From an uncultured Planctomycetaceae bacterium (GTDB lineage Bacteria > Planctomycetota > Planctomycetia > Isosphaerales > Isosphaeraceae): a stretch of DNA of 64,000 bases. The notes below the pieces were generated by a model that was not told where the DNA came from, searched no databases, and saw only the letters and a program-made list of their open reading frames with translations. Every line of letters begins with the position of its first letter. The stretch's first letter is position 1. A program made the position numbers and the translations under genes. The stretch is from positions 4,000,001 to 4,064,000 of the forward strand of contig CAWIAD010000002.1 of the NCBI GenBank assembly GCA_963833985.1. The letters run 5' to 3'. Positions 55,598 to 64,000 of this stretch are shown one piece after another.

Positions 55598-58500
55598 ATG
55601 AGATTCATCACGTTGGGGATCGTGATGCTGCTGGCACCGCTCTGCGTCGCGGCCCAGGACAACGGGGACGGCACGTACACCAACCCGCCGCTGTACGCGG
55701 ACTACCCGGACCCGGACATCATCCGCGTGGGCGAGAATTTCTACTTCGCCTCCACCACCTTCGTGAACTCGCCCGGGCTGGTTACCCTGCAATCGAAGGA
55801 CCTGGTGAACTGGGAAACCGTCGGCTACGTGATCGAGCGCCTGGACGGCGATCCGAAGTACGACATGACCGGAGGCACGGCCTATCGCAACGGCGTCTTC
55901 GCCCCCTCGTTGCGCTATCACAACGAGACCTTCTACATCGCCTTGACGCCCAACGGCAAGCCCACCCGCATCTACGAAACCCGCGACATCCGCGGGCCCT
56001 GGCAGTGCCATGTGCTGAACGATTCGGCCTTCGATCCCGGCCTCTTCTTCGACGACGACGGTACCCCCTACCTCTTCACGTCGGGCGGCTGGAGCGGGCA
56101 GGTCCACCTGAAGACGCTGAGCCCGGGGCTGGACAAGATTGTCGCCACCAGGAAGCTCTTCTACGTCAGGGGGATCGAGGGCAGCAAGGCGCTGAAGATT
56201 CACGGCTGGTATTACCTGTTCAACTCACTGCCGGGGCGGATGGCGCTGATGTGCTCGCGTGCACGCCAGCTCGACGGGCCGTGGGAGACGATCCGGGTGC
56301 TCGACGACAGGAACGGGGGGCACCAGGGGGCGATTGTCGACCTGCCGGACGGGAAGCACTACGGCTTCGTGATGCGCGACAGCGGCCCGATCGGACGCGT
56401 GACCAACATCTGCCCGATCACCTGGAAGGACAACTGGCCATTGTGGGGCGAGCCGGACAGCCCCGGTCACGTGCCCGCGACGGCCAGGAAGCCGATCTCG
56501 GGCCATCCTGTCATCGCGTGGCCCGCATCGGCCGGTTTCGATGGCCCGCGCCTGCCACTGAACTTCCAGTGGAACCATAACCCCGATGACACCCGCTGGT
56601 CCCTGAGCGAGCGGCCCGGTTACCTGCGGCTCAGGCCGACAGTCGCGCCGGACCTCTGGCACGCGAGGAACTCGCTGACCCACAAGGGGTGGGGGCCGAC
56701 GAGCTCTGCCGTGGCGAGGCTGGACATCACGCACCTCCAGCCGGGCGATATCGCCGGCCTGGGCATGCTCGGCAAGTCGCTGGTGACACTCGCGGTCGCG
56801 CGGTCGGCCAGCGGCCAGGCCGGGCTCATCCTCAGCACGGGTGTCGAGCACGGTGCCCCGGTCGCCCCCAGGGCATCGGCCGAAATCGGCAAGGCCGAGG
56901 TGATCCAGCTCGCCTTGCAGATGGACTTCACCCGCGCCAGGGGCCGGTGCGGGTACAGCCTGGATGGCAAGCAGTTCACGGCCCTTGGCGCCGAGTTCCC
57001 GCTCATGTGGGACTGGCGGACCGGGACATTCCAGGGCCAGCAATACGCGGTCTTCTGCTACAATCCAGAGCCCAGCGCCGGGTACCTGGACGTCGACGAA
57101 GTCCGCTTCGAGAAAGTGCCACTGAGGGAGCCGGCGTCCGCGCAGGGGAAGCTGGGTTCGGCGGCCTCCGATGCGGTGGCGTCTGGTGCGGTGGCCTTCG
57201 AGTCCTTTTCGTACTCGGGTTCCGACCCGCTCTCCTCGTCCGCGGGCAGTGATTCCTTCCTGAACCCGGTTCTCGCGGGCATGTACCCGGACCCCAGCCT
57301 CTGCCGCGTCGCAGGCGACTATTATCTTGTGAACTCGACGTTCGCCTACTTCCCCGGCCTGCCGATCTTCCACAGCCGCGACCTTGTCCACTGGGTCCAG
57401 CTTGGCAACGTGATTGACAGACCCTCGCAGGCCTCGGCGCTGCGAGGGATCAACGTCTCGGGTGGGATGTACGCGCCGACCATCCGCCACCACCAGGGCA
57501 AGTTCTACGTCATCTGCACGCAGATCGGTGCCCGAGGCGGCAACTTCGTGGTGACGGCGGACCGGCCGGAGGGGCCATGGTCCGAGCCGATCTGGTTCCG
57601 CAACATTCCGGGCATCGACCCCTCGCTCTTCTTCGACGAGGGACGGTCATATGTAGTCTTCAACGCCGAGCCGCCCGAGAACAGATCGTTGTACGACGGC
57701 CACCGCGCAATCTGGCTTCAGCAGGTCGATCTCCACGCCGGCACGGTCACAGGCGCGAGACGGCTGCTCGTCAACGGCGGCACGGACCTCTCAAGGAAAC
57801 CGATCTGGATCGAGGGGCCGCACCTGCTCAAGAGGAATGGCTGGTACATCCTCATCGCCGCGGAGGGCGGGACCGGTCCGGATCATTCCGAGGTGGTTTT
57901 CCGCAGCCGCGAGCTGGCCGGGCCCTACGTACCGTTCCCGGGGAACCCGATCCTCACCCAGCGCGACCTGCCGCGCGACCGCTCCGACCCCGTCACCTGT
58001 ACCGGCCACGCGGACCTGGTAGAGCTTCCGAACGGCGAGTGGTGGGCCGTGTTCCTGGGCTGCCGGCCGGATCGAGCCGGGGACGGCCTGCTCGGCCGCG
58101 AGACGTTCCTGCTGCCCGTCCGCTGGACCGATGACTGGCCCGTCATCCTTGACAAGGGTGCCGTCGTGCCGCGCCTCGTGCGGCGACCGGCACTGGCGGA
58201 GCAGCAGCCTCCAAGCTGGCGGCCCACCACGGGCACCTTCACCATCACGGACGACTTCGACCGCAAGTGGCTGGATCCGGCCTGGATCGGCCTGCGGGCG
58301 CCTGCGGCGACCTGGTGGACCGTCGACGCGGCCTCGGGCCGTCTGCTCATCACCCCGCGGCAGGTTAGGTTAACTTCCCGGACAGAGGACCCCTCGTTCC
58401 TCGGCCGCAGGCAGCAGCATGCTTCCTACACGGCACGCACAACGCTGCGCGTCGACGGCAAGACCCCGAACAGCGACGCCGGCCTGGCCGTGTTCCAGGA

Positions 58501-58837
58501 CGAGACGCATCACGTCTTCGCCGGCGTACGAATTCGCCAGGGCGCGGCGCGCGAGGTCTTCGTCGAGCGTACGTTCGCCCGAACCAGCGCGGACCGGGGG
58601 GAGACGACCCCGGAAGTCCTCTTCACCGCAACTCTGCCCCACGGGTGCCAGCAGGTGCAACTCGAGGCACGGGGAGAAGGCACGTCCCTGTCCTTCCATT
58701 ATCGGTCGAAGGAGGCCGAGAAATGGACCTCGCTGATGGACCATATGGATGCCAGGCTCCTGAGCGGTCAGACCGCCGGCGGGTTCACGGGCGTCTGTAT
58801 TGGGATGCATGCCCGCAGTGCACAAGACGGTCCATGA
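55598..58837 (+). CDS. Secreted tandem GH43 beta-xylosidase/arabinofuranosidase (two GH43 plus beta-sandwich modules)
   Basis: YPDPDIIRVG..FAPS..FDPG..IEG and YPDPSLCRV..YAPT..IDPS..IEGPH. Confidence 0.92.
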   Translation: MRFITLGIVMLLAPLCVAAQDNGDGTYTNPPLYADYPDPDIIRVGENFYFASTTFVNSPGLVTLQSKDLVNWETVGYVIERLDGDPKYDMTGGTAYRNGVFAPSLRYHNETFYIALTPNGKPTRIYETRDIRGPWQCHVLNDSAFDPGLFFDDDGTPYLFTSGGWSGQVHLKTLSPGLDKIVATRKLFYVRGIEGSKALKIHGWYYLFNSLPGRMALMCSRARQLDGPWETIRVLDDRNGGHQGAIVDLPDGKHYGFVMRDSGPIGRVTNICPITWKDNWPLWGEPDSPGHVPATARKPISGHPVIAWPASAGFDGPRLPLNFQWNHNPDDTRWSLSERPGYLRLRPTVAPDLWHARNSLTHKGWGPTSSAVARLDITHLQPGDIAGLGMLGKSLVTLAVARSASGQAGLILSTGVEHGAPVAPRASAEIGKAEVIQLALQMDFTRARGRCGYSLDGKQFTALGAEFPLMWDWRTGTFQGQQYAVFCYNPEPSAGYLDVDEVRFEKVPLREPASAQGKLGSAASDAVASGAVAFESFSYSGSDPLSSSAGSDSFLNPVLAGMYPDPSLCRVAGDYYLVNSTFAYFPGLPIFHSRDLVHWVQLGNVIDRPSQASALRGINVSGGMYAPTIRHHQGKFYVICTQIGARGGNFVVTADRPEGPWSEPIWFRNIPGIDPSLFFDEGRSYVVFNAEPPENRSLYDGHRAIWLQQVDLHAGTVTGARRLLVNGGTDLSRKPIWIEGPHLLKRNGWYILIAAEGGTGPDHSEVVFRSRELAGPYVPFPGNPILTQRDLPRDRSDPVTCTGHADLVELPNGEWWAVFLGCRPDRAGDGLLGRETFLLPVRWTDDWPVILDKGAVVPRLVRRPALAEQQPPSWRPTTGTFTITDDFDRKWLDPAWIGLRAPAATWWTVDAASGRLLITPRQVRLTSRTEDPSFLGRRQQHASYTARTTLRVDGKTPNSDAGLAVFQDETHHVFAGVRIRQGAAREVFVERTFARTSADRGETTPEVLFTATLPHGCQQVQLEARGEGTSLSFHYRSKEAEKWTSLMDHMDARLLSGQTAGGFTGVCIGMHARSAQDGP

Positions 58838-58953
58838 CGCATTCCCGGCTTCGTCGATGGCCTCCAGCCCTGACAGACAATAATGCCCGGGGTCCCGAAC
58901 TGATCAGGCCGGTCAATCCCCGACCGTTACTTCCCTGCCGAGGTCGCACCGAG

Positions 58954-61273
58954 ATGAATCACCTGCGAGTCAGCCCGACCATGACCATTCTTGCCCTGCT
59001 CGGCCTCGGTTCCATCGCCGTGGCACAGGGCGGCGACACAACGCTGAGCTTGCGCTACGATACGCCCGCCAGGGCCTGGAATCAGGCCTTGCCAGTCGGC
59101 AATGGCCGCCTGGGCGCAATGGTCTTCGGCGGAGCGGCCGAGGAGCGATTGCAGGTCAACGAGGATACGGTCTGGGCCGGCGCACCGCACGACTATACTC
59201 ACAAGGGGGCCGTGACCTACCTCCCCGAGATCCGCCGCCTGCTCTTCGATGGGAAGCAGCATGCGGCCGAAGCCCTGGCGGCACAGCACTTCATGAGCGT
59301 CCCGCTGAACCAGCTTCCCTACCAGCCCTTCGTGGACCTCAAGCTCCGGTTCGCCGGCCACGATCGGGTCGAGGACTACGAGCGCGTGCTGGATCTGGAT
59401 CGGGCCATCGCTTCGGTCCGGTACAGGCTGGAAGGCGTGAACTATCGCCGCGAGGTCTTCTGTAGCTTCCCCGACCAGGTGCTGGTCGTCCGCCTCGAGG
59501 CCGACCAGCCCGGCAAGCTCACATTCCAGGCAGTTCTTTCCAGCCCCCACAAGGAGAGTCATGTCGGGGTGCAAGACGTGACGCTGGTTCTCGATGGCAA
59601 GGTGGCGCAGCGGAGTGTCGGCAGGCCCCGCATGGAACTGCCGGGCGCGATTCGCTTCGAGGCCCGCCTGCGGGCAATCGCCGATGGCGGCCAGGTGCGC
59701 GTCGGGTCCGAGGGAATCGACGTCCAGGGGGCCAGCTCGGTCACCCTGATACTGGCGGGTGCGACCAATTTCAAGACCTACAAGGACGTCACCGCCGACC
59801 CGGCCGCGCGGAGCCGGCAGACCATGGCCGCGGCCGCTGGCCAGTCCATCGACGGCCTGCGCAGCCCACGTCGCCGACCACCAGCGACTCTTCCGCCGCG
59901 TCGCGCTCGACCTCGGGACAACCGAGTCGGCCAGGCTGACGACGGACCGGCGGCTCAAGTCCGTCGCCCGGCAGGACGACCCCGCGCTGGCCGCTCTGTT
60001 CTTCCAGTTCGGCCGCTACCTGATGATCGCCAGCAGCCGCCCCGGCAGCCAGCCCGCGAACTTGCAGGGCCTCTGGAACGAGTCATTGAATCCCCCCTGG
60101 GACAGCAAGTGGACCGTGAACATCAACACCGAGATGAACTACTGGCCCGTCGAGGTCGCGAACCTTTCGGAGTGCGCAAGCCCTCTGTTCGACCTCATCT
60201 CGGATGTGGCCGAGACTGGCAGGACCGTCGCGAAGGAGCAGTACGGCGCGCGCGGCTGGGTCCTGCACCACAATACCGACCTGTGGCGCGGAGCCGCGCC
60301 GATCAATGGCTCGGACCACGGCATCTGGGTCACCGGCGGTGCCTGGCTCTGCCACCACCTCTGGGACCACTATCTCTATACCGGCGACCGCCGGTTCCTG
60401 GAGGATCGGGCCTATCCGATCATGAAGGACGCCGCACTGTTCTTCGTGGATTTCCTCGTCAAGGACCCGAAGACCGGCCAGCTCATCAGCGGGCCGTCCA
60501 ACTCTCCCGAGCAGGGGGGGCTTGTCATGGGCCCGACCATGGACCATCAGATCATTCGCGACCTGTTCGCCAACACGGTCCAGGCGGCCGAGGTGCTGGA
60601 GCGCGATTCCGAGCTCGCCGCGCAGCTCAAGGAGCTGCTGCCGCGCATCGCACCGAACAAGATTGGCCGCCACGGGCAGCTCCAGGAGTGGATGGAAGAC
60701 AAGGACGATCCCAGGAACACGCACCGGCACGTCTCACACCTGTGGGGCCTGTTCCCCGGCTGGGAGATCACGCCGGGCACCCCGGAGCTGTTCCGGGCCG
60801 CACGCCAATCGCTCCTCTTCCGCGGGGATGGCGGCACCGGCTGGGCGAAGGCCTGGAAGATCAACCTGTGGGCGCGCCTGCTCGACGGCGACCATGCCCA
60901 CAAGATGCTCATCGAGGCGCTGGCGGGGAACACGCTGCCGAACCTCTTCGACACCCACCCGCCCTTCCAGATCGACGGCAACTTCGGCGCGACCTCCGGC
61001 ATTTCCGAGATGCTCCTCCAGAGCCAGAACGCCCGCATTCAGCTCCTTCCCGCCCTGCCCAGCGCGTGGCCGAGCGGGTCGGTCAAAGGTCTCCGGGCAC
61101 GCGGAGGCACCACCATCGACCTGGACTGGAAGGGCGGCAAGCTGGCGCGTGCCGTGATCCATTCCGAGCTCGGAAGACCGTGCGAGATCGGCCTCGGAGA
61201 TCAGCTCCAGAAGCTCAGCATCGCGGCAGGGCAGAATCTCGTCATCGGCCCGGACCTGAAGCCGGTGCCCTAG
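58954..61273 (+). CDS. GH95 alpha-L-fucosidase/alpha-L-galactosidase (frameshift near 59862)
   Basis: [58 protein letters not shown]. Confidence 0.92.
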
Positions 61274-61685
61274 CCAGGCGGGACGCCGAAGCGAATTTCA
61301 AAATCGCTCGCGTCCTCTCTCGTGAGCGACTTCCTGGATCCGCCCCGGGACAGTACCCCCCCCCCGGCGTCCGATGACTGTTTCGTTCGACCTCGCTCGG
61401 AGCTCGGCTGTGCGGCCGTTCGCCGAGTCCCCCGCTTTCGCGGCACGAGGCAGGACAAGTCCATAAGCGGTGATCGCTTCGGCTGCGACGACGCCCGCGC
61501 GGATTTGCTCGTCGCCCGGTGACCATTCGTGAGAGGACACGCCCGGAATGCCTACGTGATCGCGGGTCGCGGCAAGTTTTCGGATCGCCCGTTTTTTCTG
61601 TCGATTCTTCGTACCGGGAATCGTCAGTACCACGCGGGCCTCATGGGAAGGCCTTGATTCACACTCGATCCGAGGAGAAAAATCC

Positions 61686-62217
61686 ATGAACGTTCGAACG
61701 GCTCCTGCGCTCTGCGTGACTGCCCTGCTGGCGTGCGTGGCTTCCTTGAGAGCCGGCGACGGTGCTGCACCACCGGCCGCGCAACGCTTCGAAACGCTCA
61801 AGAAGCTGGTGGGGGACTGGGTTGAGGTCGACAAGGACGGCAAGCCGACGGATCGGGTCGTTTCCTCCATCCGGCTCACCGCGGGAGGTACCGCGCTCGA
61901 GGAAACGCACTTTCCTGGCGGCGACCACGAGATGGTGACGCTTTACCACCTTGACGGTTCCGACCTGGTGCTGACTCACTACTGCATGCTGGGGAACCAG
62001 CCGCGGATGCGCGGAACCCGGCCAGGACACCAAGACGTTCGCCTTCAAATCCACCGGGGTTTCGAATCTCAAGTCCAGTTCCGATACCTACATGAGCCAG
62101 GCCACGCTGACGCTCCAGGACGACGGCCACTACAAGGCGGAGTGGGTCGCGTGCAAGGACGGAAAGCCATGTCACGAGGCGAAGTTCCAGCTCGTGCGCA
62201 AGCCGAAGTCGTCGTGA
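61686..62217 (+). CDS. Secreted hypothetical beta-barrel protein (frameshift near 62012)
   Basis: AGGAG RBS, signal peptide, FETLKKLVGDW, EMVTLYH, LTHYCMLGNQPRM; continues in the next frame as TFAFKSTGVSNLKS...LVRKPKSS, stop 62215-62217. Confidence 0.7.
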
Positions 62218-62280
62218 CGGGGGCCGGTTCGGCAGCCGCTCTCGAGTCCCGGTCGCTTATTCCGGAGGAGAGATCCGATC

Positions 62281-62643
62281 ATGGCGAAGTTCATGTTGAT
62301 CCTGCACAAGACTCCGGGCACGTGGAAAAGCGCATCGCCCGAGGAAATGCAGCAGAAGGTCCAGCGCTACCAGGCCTGGATCGACAAGATCCGCTCCAGC
62401 GGTCAATACGTGACCAGTGAGAAGCTCGGGGAGGACGGGGGCAAGCAGCTGAACGTCCAGAATGGGCGGTTGACTATTGTCGATGGACCGTACAGTGAGA
62501 CCAAGGAGGTTGTCGGCGGCTACTTTGTCCTTCGCGCGGAGAGTTACGAGGAAGCTGTCGAGCTCGCCCGCGATTGTCCCTTCCTGGAGGATGGCCGAAT
62601 CGCGCTTCGCCGGACGGATCCGATGGGCTGCGGGGGCGAGTGA
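62281..62643 (+). CDS. YciI/DGPF family protein
   Basis: VDGPYSETKEVVGGYF...EEAVELARDCP. Confidence 0.9.
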   Translation: MAKFMLILHKTPGTWKSASPEEMQQKVQRYQAWIDKIRSSGQYVTSEKLGEDGGKQLNVQNGRLTIVDGPYSETKEVVGGYFVLRAESYEEAVELARDCPFLEDGRIALRRTDPMGCGGE

Positions 62644-62873
62644 GGTGCGGGGAACGACGCTTCCAGGAGCTGGTCGAGCATCTGTTCCGCCACCAGGCAG
62701 GGCAGATGCTTGCCACGCTCACCCGCATTTTCGGGCTCGAGTATCTTGACCTTGCCGTGCGCGCGGGACGCTCCGGCAAGGCTGCTACCTGTTAAGAAAA
62801 GGCGTTGTCGTACGTGAACACCGAGCCGGAGCGCCGCTCCGTGTTGATGCGCATCGGGTCCCTGAGTTGCTGA
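62640..62873 (+). pseudogene. Internally deleted ECF42-type sigma factor
   Basis: GTGA overlap with the YciI stop; VEHLFRHQAGQMLATLTRIFG...DLA joined in frame to a TPR-tail-like AGRSGKAATC*EKALSYVNTEPERRSVLMRI. Confidence 0.7.
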
Positions 62874-62880
62874 CGTCCCA

Positions 62881-64000
62881 TCATTCCTGGTGCGCGAACG
62901 GTACCGGCGGGAAGGACAGGTCCATGATGAGGGCCCGGAAGCCGTCGCTGCCGCGGAGCGGCTCCAGGGCGGCCTCCATGCGGATTGCGCCGGTGTTGCG
63001 GTAACCCAGGTTGACCGCCTTGTGAAGCAAGCTCATGGCCAGAGCGGCGTGTTCGTCTGCCTCGGAGGCCGACAGGCCGGAAGCGGGCTGGGTGGCCAGG
63101 CCCGCGAGCGCCGCGTGGCAACAGGCGGTCTCGAACCACTCCTCGCCGGCCCGTGCCTTGATCCCGTCGTACAGGGTCAACGCGTGCTGCGTGTCCGCCG
63201 CAGCGCCGGCGCGGTTGCCCAGGTCGCGCAAGGCCAGTCCGCGTCTCCGTAACGAGTGGGCCAGCAGGCCCCGGTACCACGGGTTTGAGCTCTCTTGCAC
63301 CAGCTTCTCCTGAATGGCGATCGCACGGTCGTAATCTGCGCGTGCCTCGGCGGGCCGGCCGAGCACTCGCACCACGTCGCCCAGGTCGTACAGCGCACCC
63401 GCCAGGCCGACTCGATGAGCGGGGATCCCGGGGTTCTCCTTGATGAGGTTTTCATACAGGGCGAGGGTTCGACGTTGCACCGATTCCGCCGCGGCCGGGC
63501 GTCCGGTCTCGAAGAGTAAGATGCCAAGGTCCATGAGGTTGTTCGCGAGCTCGGCGCGGAAACCGGTGACACTGGGATCGCGGTCGACAAGCCCCTGGTA
63601 GATGGCCATCGACCGGCGATACTCCGCTTCCGCCTCCAGTGCCTTGCCCGATTCTGCGAGCATGTACCCGAGGTTATGACGGCTGCGGGCCAGGTCGCTC
63701 TGAAGCTTGCTGACGGCGGGGTTCTCTTCGGCGAGCTTCTGCCGGAGCACCAGCGCACGCAGGAATTCCACCTGCGCCTCGGCGGTTCGGCCCGTCTGGT
63801 AGAGCACCATCGCCAGCGCCGAGTGGCCGTCGGCAAGGTTGCCGCGGAACTCCGACAGGGTCGGATTATCCTCCGCCAGCTTCTGGTAGATTGCGATCGA
63901 CTTCTGGAATTCCGACTGCGATTCCGCGGCCCGGCCCATCTGGCTGAGCACCTCGCCCAGGTTCCTTTGGCTGAGCGCCACGTCGTTCCGCAGGTCGGTG
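62881..64000 (-). CDS. TPR-repeat C-terminus, probably of a Ser/Thr kinase (runs off window end)
   Basis: Repeated LA.S..NLG..L...G...EA...Y..A..I..KL..DNP units, ACCHA, terminal MDLSFPPVPFA resembling the tail of the 18.8-kb kinase. Confidence 0.85.
   Translation of the reverse strand, partial: TDLRNDVALSQRNLGEVLSQMGRAAESQSEFQKSIAIYQKLAEDNPTLSEFRGNLADGHSALAMVLYQTGRTAEAQVEFLRALVLRQKLAEENPAVSKLQSDLARSRHNLGYMLAESGKALEAEAEYRRSMAIYQGLVDRDPSVTGFRAELANNLMDLGILLFETGRPAAAESVQRRTLALYENLIKENPGIPAHRVGLAGALYDLGDVVRVLGRPAEARADYDRAIAIQEKLVQESSNPWYRGLLAHSLRRRGLALRDLGNRAGAAADTQHALTLYDGIKARAGEEWFETACCHAALAGLATQPASGLSASEADEHAALAMSLLHKAVNLGYRNTGAIRMEAALEPLRGSDGFRALIMDLSFPPVPFAHQE

Noticed and set aside
61333..61370. 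TGGATCCGCCCCGGG as a possible IS3-like end
   Set aside because: No partner inverted repeat or transposase fragment seen.

Overview
GC-rich bacterial chromosomal window, very likely from a planctomycete of the Isosphaeraceae type (inference from a LEPR-XLL-like protein, planctomycete-type Ser/Thr kinases with TPR tails, an FHA protein, a sulfatase and a ThuA-like protein). About a dozen otherwise intact genes are split by single-base frameshifts, most simply explained by long-read assembly errors. Left to right: 3' end of mtnA and a Dabb protein; a putative amino-lipid (sphingoid-like) biosynthesis/export cluster (ACP, PLP alpha-oxoamine synthase, ketosynthase plus Cys-less KS-like partner, SDR, DevBCA-type ABC exporter); a complete ISKra4-like IS with 19-bp inverted repeats and a 9-bp target duplication; FHA, GT2, methyltransferase and M3 peptidase genes; a Ser/Thr kinase whose upstream ECF sigma gene survives only as a remnant; a repeat-rich 5-kb island (mosaic GTAG-REP array, TOPRIM-AAA_25 primase/helicase, and an FkbM gene bracketed by a recurring ~30-bp direct motif); xylose isomerase, sulfatase and moaB; a bgsBA-like beta-glucan synthase pair; an AT-richer three-gene TIGR04255 cassette behind an hsdS relic (candidate anti-phage system); a TPM/coiled-coil-PspA-AAA+ ATPase operon; a LacI-controlled arabinoxylan-degradation locus; a YciI gene with an internally deleted ECF42 sigma; and the TPR tail of another probable kinase. 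No rRNA, tRNA or CRISPR array was recognised. All family assignments are from motif recognition, not database searches.
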